Source: an uncultured Pseudomonadota bacterium (GTDB lineage: Bacteria > Myxococcota_A > Polyangia > Fen-1088). Taken from it: a stretch of 64,000 nucleotides of DNA. Both the position numbers and the translations under genes were made by a program. The first letter of the stretch is position 1. Every line of letters begins with the position of its first letter. The notes under the pieces were generated by a model. It was not told the origin of the DNA and made no database searches. It saw only the letters and a list, made by a program, of their open reading frames with translations. This document shows positions 52,614-62,098 of this stretch, in pieces. The stretch spans positions 1,369,616 through 1,433,615 of the forward strand of contig CAVTSM010000003.1 of assembly GCA_963737345.1 (NCBI GenBank), given 5' to 3'.

Positions 52614-53660
52614 TCAGTACACCTCCCAGCGACGGGGGAGAAAGTATTCCTCGTACACCCGTAGGGCGTAGCGGTCGGTCATCCCCGTGATGAAGTCGCC
52701 CACGGCCCGCGACAGGCCGTCGGATTCCGGAATCCCCTTGGGCCAATGACGCGCCCGGAACTCGTCCGGATGGTCGTGGAAGTAGGCCCACAGCTCGCTG
52801 ATGATTCGCTGGGCCTTCTCGAATTCCCCCCGGATCATCGGACGCTCGTACACCGTCTCGTAGAGGAAGTCGCGCAGCGCGATCAGCGCGTCGAGCACCT
52901 GGTCCGTCATCCGGATCTGGCGCTTTTCTTCCAAGTTCGAGGCGCTGACGATGTCGTTCACCATCCGCGAGATTCGCTCGCTGTGCGTGCGCCCGAGCGT
53001 CGCCAGGATCGCGTCCGGAACGGCGGCCGGGTCGACGACCTTGCCCCTGACGGCGTCGTCGAGATCGTGATTCACATAAGCGACGATGTCGGCGATGCGG
53101 ACAATCTGCCCCTCGAGCGTCATCGCCATGAGGTTGGGGTTGTCCGAGATGACGTGCCCCTTGCCCTTCGAGTGCTTGAGGATGCCGTCCCGCACCTCGA
53201 CGGAGAGGTTCAGCCCCTGCCCTTCGTTCTCCAGCACCTCGACGACGCGCAGTGACTGCTTGACGTGGTGAAAACCGCCCGGCATCAGCTTGGCCAGCAC
53301 CTTTTCGCCGGCGTGGCCGAAGGGCGTGTGTCCCAGATCGTGACCCATGACGATGGCCTCGGTCAGCGTCTCGTTCAGCCCCAGGGCGCGGGTCACCGTG
53401 CGCGCGATCTGCGCCACCTCCAGCGTGTGCGTGATGCGGGTGCGGTAGTGGTCGCCCTCGGGCGCCAGGAACACCTGGGTCTTGCCCGCCAGGCGCCGGA
53501 AGGCCTTGGAATGGATGACGCGATCCCGATCGTGCTGGAAGATTGGCCGGACCGGGTCGGGGGGCTCGGCGCGGTCACGCCCCTTGCTGTCCCGGCTCTT
53601 CTGAGCAAAGCGCGATAGGACGCGCTCTTCGTCTTGTTCCAGCTTTTCGCGGATCGTCAT
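52614..53660 (-). CDS. dGTP triphosphohydrolase-like HD-domain protein
   Basis: FQHDRDRVIHSKAFRRLAGKTQVF...DHYRTRITHTLEVAQIAR...GHDLGHTPFGHAGE. Confidence 0.85.
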   Translation of the reverse strand: MTIREKLEQDEERVLSRFAQKSRDSKGRDRAEPPDPVRPIFQHDRDRVIHSKAFRRLAGKTQVFLAPEGDHYRTRITHTLEVAQIARTVTRALGLNETLTEAIVMGHDLGHTPFGHAGEKVLAKLMPGGFHHVKQSLRVVEVLENEGQGLNLSVEVRDGILKHSKGKGHVISDNPNLMAMTLEGQIVRIADIVAYVNHDLDDAVRGKVVDPAAVPDAILATLGRTHSERISRMVNDIVSASNLEEKRQIRMTDQVLDALIALRDFLYETVYERPMIRGEFEKAQRIISELWAYFHDHPDEFRARHWPKGIPESDGLSRAVGDFITGMTDRYALRVYEEYFLPRRWEVY

Positions 53661-55846
53661 CAGCGTCCTTTTCTTTTCGGACTGCCACGGCCGCGGTTGC
53701 TTCGTGCCGGGCCAGCGTCCTGGCGACCCGGTCGGGCGCCCGGGCGACTGCCGCGAGAGCCCGCGGCCGCCGGTTTGCCGCGCTCGCGCGTCCGATCCCG
53801 CTTGCCGCGTTCGCCGCGCGCGCCGTCACGAGCCCGGTGGCGCGGCACGTGGTCCGCCAGCGCGAAGTCGATCTTCCGGCGGACCACACTGACCGACTGC
53901 ACCTCGACCCGGACGCTGTCGCCCAGCGCGAAGGCCTTGCCCGACCGGCGGCCGACCAGCCGCGCGCCCGTCTCGTCGTAATTGTAGTAGTCGTCCGACA
54001 GCGCGTCGATCCGGACCAGCCCTTCGACGAACGGGTCGTCGACCGTGACGAACACGCCGAACCCGGTCACGCCCGAGATCACGCCGTCGAACACGTCGCC
54101 GATCCGATCGCGCAGGAAGAAGGCCCGATAAAGGTCGATCACTTCTCGCTCGACCTCCATGGCCTGCCGCTCGGCGAACGAAGAGTCGGCGGCCATCTTC
54201 TGCAACGCCAACCGCTCGGTGGTGGTTGCCCCCGGCTTGAAGCCCCCGGCGGGCCGGTTCATCGAGGCCAACCGGGCCTTGAGCAGACGGTGAACGACCA
54301 GGTCCGGGTAGCGCCGGATGGGTGAGGTGAAGTGCAGGTAGTCAGCCGACGCCAACCCGAAGTGGCCGATGTTCACGACGTCGTAAGTCGCCTGTTTCAG
54401 CGACCGCAAGAGCTGAAACGACAGGGCCTTCTCGGCTGGGTGCCCTTTGAGTCGGTCCAGCACGCGCTTCAAACCCTTGGGGGTGCGGGCCTCGTCGACG
54501 TCGATGGCGATGCCGTAGTGCTCGGCCAGCACGGCGAACTCTTCGAGCCGCGCGCGATCGGGCGCGTCGTGGATGCGCCACAGGGCGTCCTCGGCCCGTT
54601 CCTGAAAACTGCTGGCCACCGCCTCGTTGGCGGCCAGCATGAACTCCTCGATCATCGAATAGGCCTGCCGCTCGCCCGGATCGCGGCGCGATTTGCGGAT
54701 GGCGCGCACCAGACGCGGGTCGTCGTGATCCAGCTCGACGAAGGGCTCGGGCAGATCGAAGTCCAAGGCCCCGCGCGCCAGACGCGCCACCCGCAGTTGG
54801 CGGGCCAGCGAATCCATGGCCCGCAAGGCGGGCAGGAAGGGCTCGTACTTCTTGCGCTTGCCGCGCGTGTCGCCGCCCAGCGCGGCCGCCACCCCGGGGT
54901 AGTCGAGCCGCGCCTGCGAATGGATCACGGCCGCGCAGTAGTCGCGCGGGCCGATGTTCCCCTGGCGATCGATGTCGATGCGCACCACCATCGCCAGCCG
55001 GTCCTCGTTCGGGACCAGCGAGCACATGCGCGCCGAAAGCGGCTCCGGAAGCATGGGGATCGCGCGGTTCGGCAGATAGATGCTGCAGCCGCGCCGGCGG
55101 GCCTCGACGTCGATGGGCGAGCCCTCGCGGACGTAGTGCGAAACATCGGCCACCGCCACCCACAGGCGGGAGCCACCGTGGGGCAGCTTCTCGATCGCGA
55201 CCGCGTCGTCGAAGTCGCGCGCGGTCTCGGGATCGATGGTCGTGAACGGAATGTGGCGAAGGTCGGTGCGGTCGTCGCGATCGCGGTCGGTCAGCGCCTC
55301 GCCGATGCCGGCGGCGATCCGCTCGACGTCGTCGGGGAATCCCTCGTCGACGTCGGCGATGGCCAGGACCTTTTCGACCTCGGTGCGCGGGTCGTCGGGA
55401 TCGCCCAGCACCTTCAGGACCGCGGCTTCCATCGGCCCATCCGGGACGTCGGGGTAGCGGGTAATCTCGGCGACCACGGCCACGCCGTCCTTGGCTGCCG
55501 CGATGGTCGACGAGAGGCCGACCAGGCCCGAGATGCGTGGGTCGTCGGGCTGCAGCATCTGGTGGCGGCCGCGCCGCACCAGCTGGCCGGTGATCTTGGC
55601 GCGGCCGCGCTCGACGACGCGCAGGACGCGCCCCTCGACGCCGCGGGCCCCCATCCAGGCCTCGATCTCGACTGTGTCGGCGTCCATGGCGGCGCCCCGG
55701 TTGGGGGGTGAGATGTGGACGTCCTCGGACTTGTCGTCGGGGACGACGAAGCCGTAGCCAACGGGGTGGATCTTGATTCGGCCGGTCAGAGTTCGGACCG
55801 GCAGGCCAGCCGAGGGCGGCCCGATGTGTGGATTCGGAAGAGTCAT
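53660..55846 (-). CDS. rnr: ribonuclease R
   Basis: Cold-shock-like N-terminus, RNB core (...DFDDAV...CSIYLPNRAIPMLPE...), S1 domain and a basic Arg/Gly-rich tail. The stop overlaps the downstream start by 1 nt. Confidence 0.9.
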   Translation of the reverse strand: MTLPNPHIGPPSAGLPVRTLTGRIKIHPVGYGFVVPDDKSEDVHISPPNRGAAMDADTVEIEAWMGARGVEGRVLRVVERGRAKITGQLVRRGRHQMLQPDDPRISGLVGLSSTIAAAKDGVAVVAEITRYPDVPDGPMEAAVLKVLGDPDDPRTEVEKVLAIADVDEGFPDDVERIAAGIGEALTDRDRDDRTDLRHIPFTTIDPETARDFDDAVAIEKLPHGGSRLWVAVADVSHYVREGSPIDVEARRRGCSIYLPNRAIPMLPEPLSARMCSLVPNEDRLAMVVRIDIDRQGNIGPRDYCAAVIHSQARLDYPGVAAALGGDTRGKRKKYEPFLPALRAMDSLARQLRVARLARGALDFDLPEPFVELDHDDPRLVRAIRKSRRDPGERQAYSMIEEFMLAANEAVASSFQERAEDALWRIHDAPDRARLEEFAVLAEHYGIAIDVDEARTPKGLKRVLDRLKGHPAEKALSFQLLRSLKQATYDVVNIGHFGLASADYLHFTSPIRRYPDLVVHRLLKARLASMNRPAGGFKPGATTTERLALQKMAADSSFAERQAMEVEREVIDLYRAFFLRDRIGDVFDGVISGVTGFGVFVTVDDPFVEGLVRIDALSDDYYNYDETGARLVGRRSGKAFALGDSVRVEVQSVSVVRRKIDFALADHVPRHRARDGARGERGKRDRTRERGKPAAAGSRGSRPGARPGRQDAGPARSNRGRGSPKRKGR

Positions 55847-55854
55847 GGTTCCTT

Positions 55855-57138
55855 TTAGGGTTTGCCCATCGCGGAGGGGACCGAGCTGGGCGCGCGCAGC
55901 GCGTAGAGCTTGTGGTCGTCGGACCCCACGAAGATGGTGCCATCCGCCGCCAGCGCCGGCGAGCTGTCGACGTCGCCGCCCAGCTCGACGGACCAGCGGA
56001 GGTGGCCGTCTGGCTCGAGACAGTAGACGCGATCATCCTGCGAGCCGAACAGGACCGCGCCCCGTGCGTCGACCAAAGGCGACGACACGATGCGATCGCC
56101 AGCCCGGAACGACCAGGCCAGCGTGCCGTCCAGATGGACGGCGTACAGTTGTGCGTCGAACGAGCCGACGTAAATGATGCCGTTGCCGATGGCGGCCGAC
56201 GATCGCACGTCGCCGCCGGTCGTGAACGCCCAGCGCAAAAGCCCGTCGGGCCCCAGCGCGTACAGCTTGCCATCGTCGGACCCGACGTAGATGGTGCCGT
56301 CGTCGCCGATCGCGGGGGCGGCCTCGATGTCGCCGCCCGCGTGGAAGTCCCACTTCTTCTGACCGGTGGGCGTCAGCCCGTAGAGCACGTTGTCCTGGCT
56401 GCCGGCGACCACCGTCCCGTCCGGCAGCAGCGCGGGCGCCGACGAGACGTGGCCGTTGGTCGTGAACCGCCACCGCAAGCTGCCGTCCGGGTTGATGGCG
56501 TAGATACCGTCGCCGCCGGTGTAGATGACGCCGTCAGGACCGATGGTCGGGCCCGCGTCGATGTCACAGCGGCTGGCTTCGGGGCCGATGCCGACCCGCT
56601 GGGGGCAGGCCCCCAGCTGCATCGCCCAGCGGGGTTTCCCGTCGGTGGGAGCAATTGCGTAAAGGTGATCGTCGTCGGAGCCGATATAGATCGTGCCGTC
56701 GTGCGCCACGGCAGGCGAGCTGAAAATGATGTCACCCGTCGCGTACGACCATCTGAGCGTTCCGTCGCGCGCGATCGCGTATACCCGGGTGTCCTGGGAA
56801 CCGATCAGCACCGACCCGTCGCTGGCGACGGCCGGAGACGAGACGATCGGTCCCGCCGTCGAGAAGGTCCACCAGACCGTCGGCCTGTTGGCCGGCAGCG
56901 CGAAGGGCGACCGTCCGCGGTGGGTGGCGCCGAACCGGAACATGGCCTGCGCCGGCTCGATCGCATATTGCGGCAGCGGAAGCGCCGTCCCGTTCTGCAC
57001 CAGCGTGGAGCCAGGTGTGCGGGCCGCGCTCTCGGCGGGCCACGTGCAGCGGCCTGCATCGCAGAGTCGGTTCAGCTTGCAGTCGCGGTCGCTTGCGCAA
57101 GGTGACGGCTCGACATGCGCACAGCCGACCAGGACCAC
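55855..57138 (-). CDS. PQQ-like/BamB-like beta-propeller repeat lipoprotein; the real start is probably upstream of the annotated GTG
   Basis: Repeated ...G.(L/V)(Y/F)(V/I)GS.D..(L/V)YA(L/I)..DG...W units. The open frame upstream of GTG 57136-57138 encodes IRTFRLRLALLRAAHFSVAVGLALCVVLVGC, a complete lipoprotein signal, with no ATG/GTG/TTG. Confidence 0.75.
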   Translation of the reverse strand: MVLVGCAHVEPSPCASDRDCKLNRLCDAGRCTWPAESAARTPGSTLVQNGTALPLPQYAIEPAQAMFRFGATHRGRSPFALPANRPTVWWTFSTAGPIVSSPAVASDGSVLIGSQDTRVYAIARDGTLRWSYATGDIIFSSPAVAHDGTIYIGSDDDHLYAIAPTDGKPRWAMQLGACPQRVGIGPEASRCDIDAGPTIGPDGVIYTGGDGIYAINPDGSLRWRFTTNGHVSSAPALLPDGTVVAGSQDNVLYGLTPTGQKKWDFHAGGDIEAAPAIGDDGTIYVGSDDGKLYALGPDGLLRWAFTTGGDVRSSAAIGNGIIYVGSFDAQLYAVHLDGTLAWSFRAGDRIVSSPLVDARGAVLFGSQDDRVYCLEPDGHLRWSVELGGDVDSSPALAADGTIFVGSDDHKLYALRAPSSVPSAMGKP

Positions 57139-57232
57139 ACACAGCGCGAGACCAACGGCGACGGAGAAATGGGCGGCGCGGAGGAGCGCCAGCCGGAGAC
57201 GGAACGTTCTGATGGGGGAAGGTTAAGGCAAA

Positions 57233-58240
57233 TTGAAAAACACGCAAGCCAAACGGGTGATCGCCCGCGCGGCGCTGGTGACGCTGGCGCTGCTGGCCGG
57301 CTGCAAGCGGCACCCGGCCGCCGAGAGCCCCTCGCCTCCCGTTCCGCCCGCCCCGCCCGCCCCAGCGGCCGCCGCAGACAAGCCGATGCCGGCACCCCCG
57401 CCGGCCCAACACCCGCCCTACAAGCACGTCGTCATCATTAGCGAAGACGGCCTGCGCCCGGACGCGCTCATGAGCGTGCTGCCGCCCGTGCATCAACAGA
57501 TCATGAAGAACGCCGCCTATTCGCTGACGGCGCGGACGATCCGGCACGCGTCGACGCTGCCGTCGCACGCGGCGATGCTCTCCGGATTCGACGTGAAGGA
57601 TCACGGCCTGTGGTGGAACTCGTGGAAGCCGGAGCGTGGCTGGATCCTCGTGCCGACGATCTTCGACGCCGCTGAAAAGAACGGCGGCAGCGCGGCGGCC
57701 TTCGTCGGCAAGAAGAAGTTGGAGCACATCGCCCACCCCGGCTCCGTCGACATGTTTTCCCGACCCGGCTACTTCTGTAAGAAGGTCGTCGACCAGGCGA
57801 GCAAGTACCTGGTCGAGAAGCGACCGGCCATCGAGTTCATCCACTTCTCGGACCCCGACGATCTGGGACATCTGGACGGCTGGATGTCGACCCCGCAGCT
57901 CGAGGCCGTGCGCCACACCGACAAGTGCCTGCAGACGTTGCTGGACGCCGTCGCCGCTTCGGGCCTGGACAAGGACACCCTGTTCATTCTTTCCGCGGAC
58001 CATGGCGGCCACGGCCACAACCACGACGGCAGGATCCCCGTGGATCGGCTGATCCCCTGGATCGCCTGGGGGCCCGGCGTTCGCCCCGGCCACAAGATCA
58101 CGACCCCCATCAGCACCGTCGACACGGCCGCCACCGCGTTGTGGGCCCTCGGCTACCCGCCGACGCCCGGCGCCATCGGCCACCCAGTCCTGGAAGCCTT
58201 CGACCCCGCCACCGTCAACATCCACGGCCCCCAGCTGTAG
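57233..58240 (+). CDS. alkaline-phosphatase-superfamily lipoprotein (nucleotide pyrophosphatase/phosphodiesterase type)
   Basis: TTG start. Lipobox VTLALLAGC. VVIISEDGLRPD, TLPSHAAMLSG, IHFSDPDDLGH, LSADHGGHGHNH. Confidence 0.8.
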   Translation: MKNTQAKRVIARAALVTLALLAGCKRHPAAESPSPPVPPAPPAPAAAADKPMPAPPPAQHPPYKHVVIISEDGLRPDALMSVLPPVHQQIMKNAAYSLTARTIRHASTLPSHAAMLSGFDVKDHGLWWNSWKPERGWILVPTIFDAAEKNGGSAAAFVGKKKLEHIAHPGSVDMFSRPGYFCKKVVDQASKYLVEKRPAIEFIHFSDPDDLGHLDGWMSTPQLEAVRHTDKCLQTLLDAVAASGLDKDTLFILSADHGGHGHNHDGRIPVDRLIPWIAWGPGVRPGHKITTPISTVDTAATALWALGYPPTPGAIGHPVLEAFDPATVNIHGPQL

Positions 58241-58253
58241 CCGGCCGCCCCCC

Positions 58254-58994
58254 TTAGAAGAAGTTCAGCGCGAAGTTCACCAGCGACCAGTTGGTCCAGT
58301 TCTGATCGGTGCCGCTGTCCCGATACCTGGCGCCGGTGATCGTCGCTTCGATGTCGAACGACCAGTTCCAGCCCTGCACCAGCTCATAGCCGACGCCCCC
58401 CATCGCGGCGGCGCCCCATTGGGTCGGCAGGTCGTCTTCGATGGCGTCGGCGATGCCGAAGCCGCCCTTGATGAACAGGCGGCGCGTCACGAAGAGCTGC
58501 AATGCGAGCAGGTTGGCGGTCTGCGACACGGTGGATGGGCCGGATTGGGCGACGGCGCCCTCGACGTCCCAAAGCAGCAGCAGCCCCGGACTCAACCCGA
58601 ACCCAAGCCGGAAGGTGTAGGACAGCCCCCCTTGGTGCACGTGGTCGCCGTTGTACAGATCGTCGAAGACCAGGCCGCCGAAACCGATCCCACCACCCAG
58701 CGTGAAAGGGCGGTAAAGGACGTCGCGCGGCGGGGGCGGCGGCGGCAGGGCGTAGTAGCTGGGCGGCGCGTAACGGTAGGCCGGCGCGTAGCGATACGCG
58801 GGAGGCGGCGGCGCGTACACGGGCGGCGGCCCATAGGGCGGCGGTGCGCCGTAGGTGGGCGGCGGGACGTAGCCCGGCGGCGGTGCGTAGGCCGGCGGGT
58901 ACTCCTGCGGCGGCGCGGCGCCCTGTTGCGCGCGCGCCGCGGTGTGAAGCAAGAGAACAGTCAGTCCAGCGATTCCCGTGAGGAGCTTGTTCAT
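58254..58994 (-). CDS. outer-membrane beta-barrel-like protein with a Pro/Tyr-rich N-terminal region
   Basis: Signal peptide MNKLLTGIAGLTVLLLHTAARA. PPxY-rich stretch. C-terminal ...WSLVNFALNFF. Confidence 0.65.
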   Translation of the reverse strand: MNKLLTGIAGLTVLLLHTAARAQQGAAPPQEYPPAYAPPPGYVPPPTYGAPPPYGPPPVYAPPPPAYRYAPAYRYAPPSYYALPPPPPPRDVLYRPFTLGGGIGFGGLVFDDLYNGDHVHQGGLSYTFRLGFGLSPGLLLLWDVEGAVAQSGPSTVSQTANLLALQLFVTRRLFIKGGFGIADAIEDDLPTQWGAAAMGGVGYELVQGWNWSFDIEATITGARYRDSGTDQNWTNWSLVNFALNFF

Positions 58995-59080
58995 ATGCGA
59001 CCCCGGCGCGCTGATTCAGCCGCCATGAGGCGACATGGTTGCAAAGCGGACGCCAAATCGCTACAGGGTCCGGGCGCGTC

Positions 59081-60136
59081 TCAAAATTTGCGCAGCGGCG
59101 GCTCGCCCGGCGTCAGCGCGGGGGGATCGTGAGCAAGGACACGACGCACGCGCGCCAGCGCCGGATCGTGTCCCTTCAGCTTGCGGATGAGCACGGGCAC
59201 GCGCATCCCTGACTGCAGGGTGCGACGGTGCGCCGGCTCGCGCCCCGACGACGACCGCGCCGTGGGATCCAGGCGCCGCGACAACCGGCCGACGACCTCG
59301 ATCGTGTCGCCCGGCTGAATGTCGATCTCCGACGCCCACAGCTCGCGCTGATCCAGGCGCAGGCGCGTCAGCACCGGGTGATCGATCTCCAGCAACGTGG
59401 TGTTGTGGAACTGCACGCGTTGCTCGTCGGGAAACGGGTCCAGCAACATCCCGCCCGCCACCTCGACCCACACGGGCTCGTCCGAACCATCGTCCAGCAG
59501 GAAATCGAACGCCGTCTCGTGGAAAAAATTGCGCGACAACCAGCTGCCCCGGCGAAAGCGCGTGAGCGACCAGACCGCCGCGCGCCCTTCCAGTGCGGTC
59601 ACGGCCGTGCGCCGCGCGATCACGACGCCCCGCACCGCCACGGCGCGCGCGTCGGGGACGCCGCGCAGCTCGAAAATTCGGTGCAGCCTGTGCCGCGTGA
59701 CCAGCCGATGAATCCGGTTCGCCATCCGAACGCCCAGCGGCCCCCAGGCAGCCGAAAGCGCCGTTGCGGCGCCCGCCGCCGCCGCCGCGATACCGAGGTC
59801 GTTGGCGGCCATGGCAAGCATTCCCCAGGCCGCCAGCGCGGCGGCCGCGGACGACGTCGCCGCCGTCGCGACGCGCACGCCGCGTGGAAACGAGATCCAG
59901 CGCGCGACGGCGCCGCCCGTCCGTGCCAGCGCCACCTCGCCGTCGCCAGTCTTCGTGCTGGTCGGGCGGGCGTACAGATCGACGACGCGCGCGACGGCGC
60001 CTTCGATGCGAGCGCCGACCCAGGCCGCGACCCCTCCCCGCGGCGGGTCCCCCGGACGGTCGGCTCGGTGGACGCTGGCGCCGTCCCATTCGGAGACGCG
60101 GTCCCGGTCTATCGCAGTCAAATCGCGCTCCGACAT
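59081..60136 (-). CDS. hypothetical membrane protein
   Basis: ATG at 60134-60136 with GGGAG upstream. Ala-rich hydrophobic helices (AAAALAAWGMLAMAANDLGIAAAAAGAATAL). No family recognised. Confidence 0.5.
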   Translation of the reverse strand: MSERDLTAIDRDRVSEWDGASVHRADRPGDPPRGGVAAWVGARIEGAVARVVDLYARPTSTKTGDGEVALARTGGAVARWISFPRGVRVATAATSSAAAALAAWGMLAMAANDLGIAAAAAGAATALSAAWGPLGVRMANRIHRLVTRHRLHRIFELRGVPDARAVAVRGVVIARRTAVTALEGRAAVWSLTRFRRGSWLSRNFFHETAFDFLLDDGSDEPVWVEVAGGMLLDPFPDEQRVQFHNTTLLEIDHPVLTRLRLDQRELWASEIDIQPGDTIEVVGRLSRRLDPTARSSSGREPAHRRTLQSGMRVPVLIRKLKGHDPALARVRRVLAHDPPALTPGEPPLRKF

Positions 60137-60246
60137 CCCGCTCCCTTCTGGAGTACCTAAGGTCAATTTTCTCACGGAGAAACCCCCGATGCACCCCGAT
60201 CTCCGCGCGTTTGATCGTCGTTCCTAAGGTAGAATCCTGTTGCTCG

Positions 60247-62076
60247 ATGGCTGACGCCGATGGTCCGCACGGGCCGCTCGAGGCCCTCCGGAACGCTGCG
60301 CGTGGCGGGCAGGAGCGGTTTTTGGTCGCGCTCGCCGACAGGGACGAGCGCGAGCGCATCGCCACGGCCTTGACGACCGAGGGCTTCGTGCTGGAGGCGA
60401 CCTCGCTGTCAGACGCGCTGGGCCGTCTGGCGGACGAATCGTTCGATCTCGCCATCATGGACCTGCCCGCCTCCGGGCAAACCCCCGCTCCCTCGGCGCG
60501 GACGGACGCGCCCTACGAGCCGCGCCGCGGTCGGGATCCGCTGGCGGCTTCGCGCGAGCTGCGCCCGTTCAGCGACGTCGTCCTCATCGGGGAAAGCGAT
60601 CCGGTGGGCGTCGGCCAGGCGTTCGCCCGTGAGGTCGCGGCGGTGCTCCCCCGCCCCCTGCCGGAGCTGGAGGTTTTGCTGCGGGCCCACATCAAGAGGC
60701 TGGCTGGTTTCCGGCGCTCGCGCACCCGCGGTCAGCTCGTCCTGAACGCCTTCGGGGGGATTCAGGATGAGCTGCGCCGGTCGCACCCGGCCCTCACGGC
60801 CGCCCTGGAAGAGCTGGCCTATCACGCGCGTCAGGATCCCGCGATCGCCATCCTGGGAGACGACGAGTTGGCGCGCGCGGCCGGGGCCCACAGCGACGCC
60901 GCCGTTCCGGACGCGGTGGTGGTGGACGTCAAAGCCAGCGACGAGATCGAGCCGCGCCTCGGCGAGGCGCGCAGCCGGGGTGCCGGCGCCGCGCTGATCG
61001 TCATCGACGCCCGGCCGTCGTCCGACCGTCTGGCGACCGCGATCTACGCGGGTGCGCGGGCCTACCTGCCGCGCAGCGCTTTCGATCTGGTCGGGCGCGT
61101 CGCGGCATCGGCCGCCGCCCGCCGGCACGGCGAGGCAGCCGGCGTGCGCATCATCGAGCTTCTGGCCCGACACGGCGTGCTGGTGGGCGTCGAACGCTCG
61201 CGCGCCCCTGCAGCCTCCCACGACGTCGACGCCCGCCTGATCGCCGACGCGACTGTCTCGCGGCCCCACGCCGCCGTGGTCCCGACCGGGCACGAGGTGC
61301 TGGTCGTCGACGACGAAGCCGTCGTGCTGACGGTTCTGCGCGAGGCGCTGCGACGGGGCGGTTACCGGGTGACGACGGCGGCCTCGGCCGAAGAGGCCAT
61401 CGACCTGATGCGCAAGCGGCGGTTCGATCTGGTGCTGACCGACAAGAACCTGCCCGGCGCCTCCGGGCTGGACGTGCTGCGCGCCGCGCGCACCTTGACG
61501 CCCGCGCCGGCCATCGTCCTCATCACCGGCTACAGCTCTTACGATTCGGCGATCGAAGCCATGGACGTCGGGGCGCTGGACTACATCGAAAAGCCGATTC
61601 GCGACGTCGACGACCTGCGGTTTCGCATTCGGCGGGCGCTTTCGCGACGTGACGAACAGCTGGCCCGCCGCAAGCCCCTGGCGACCGCGGGCAAGGGCGG
61701 CCGGGTCCTGCTGGTCGAGGTCGAAGGCCAGCGGCGGCAACTGCTGGCCGAGTACCTCGGCAAGGCCCATCACGTGACGGCGGCCAAGGACGGCGACGAG
61801 GCGCTGACGCTGCTGAAGAGCAACCTTTTCGACCTGGTGCTGGCTGACCGGCACCTTCCCGGCGTTTCGGGCCTGCGCGTGATCGAACACGCGCAGCAGA
61901 TCCTGCCACACTGCGCGTCCGTGCTGTACACCGCCTACCCCTCTTACGAGTCGGTACAAGAGGCGTTCGCGGCGGGCGTCGACGCATATCTGGTTCGGCC
62001 CAGCGACGATCTCAAAAAGTTGGGCGAGAAGGTCGCAGAAGCGCTCGGCGGGCGCGGCGGAATCCTGTTAGGGTGA
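60247..62076 (+). CDS. multi-receiver-domain protein (two degenerate + two recognisable REC domains), no output domain
   Basis: Canonical REC: EVLVVDDEAV...FDLVLTDKNLPGASG...IVLITGY...DYIEKP. A following REC has LLVEVEG...DLVLADRHLPGVSG...VLYTAY...YLVRP. The N-terminal half has weaker REC-like segments. Confidence 0.7.
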   Translation: MADADGPHGPLEALRNAARGGQERFLVALADRDERERIATALTTEGFVLEATSLSDALGRLADESFDLAIMDLPASGQTPAPSARTDAPYEPRRGRDPLAASRELRPFSDVVLIGESDPVGVGQAFAREVAAVLPRPLPELEVLLRAHIKRLAGFRRSRTRGQLVLNAFGGIQDELRRSHPALTAALEELAYHARQDPAIAILGDDELARAAGAHSDAAVPDAVVVDVKASDEIEPRLGEARSRGAGAALIVIDARPSSDRLATAIYAGARAYLPRSAFDLVGRVAASAAARRHGEAAGVRIIELLARHGVLVGVERSRAPAASHDVDARLIADATVSRPHAAVVPTGHEVLVVDDEAVVLTVLREALRRGGYRVTTAASAEEAIDLMRKRRFDLVLTDKNLPGASGLDVLRAARTLTPAPAIVLITGYSSYDSAIEAMDVGALDYIEKPIRDVDDLRFRIRRALSRRDEQLARRKPLATAGKGGRVLLVEVEGQRRQLLAEYLGKAHHVTAAKDGDEALTLLKSNLFDLVLADRHLPGVSGLRVIEHAQQILPHCASVLYTAYPSYESVQEAFAAGVDAYLVRPSDDLKKLGEKVAEALGGRGGILLG

Positions 62077-62098
62077 CCGCCAGCACTGAAGGACTCAC

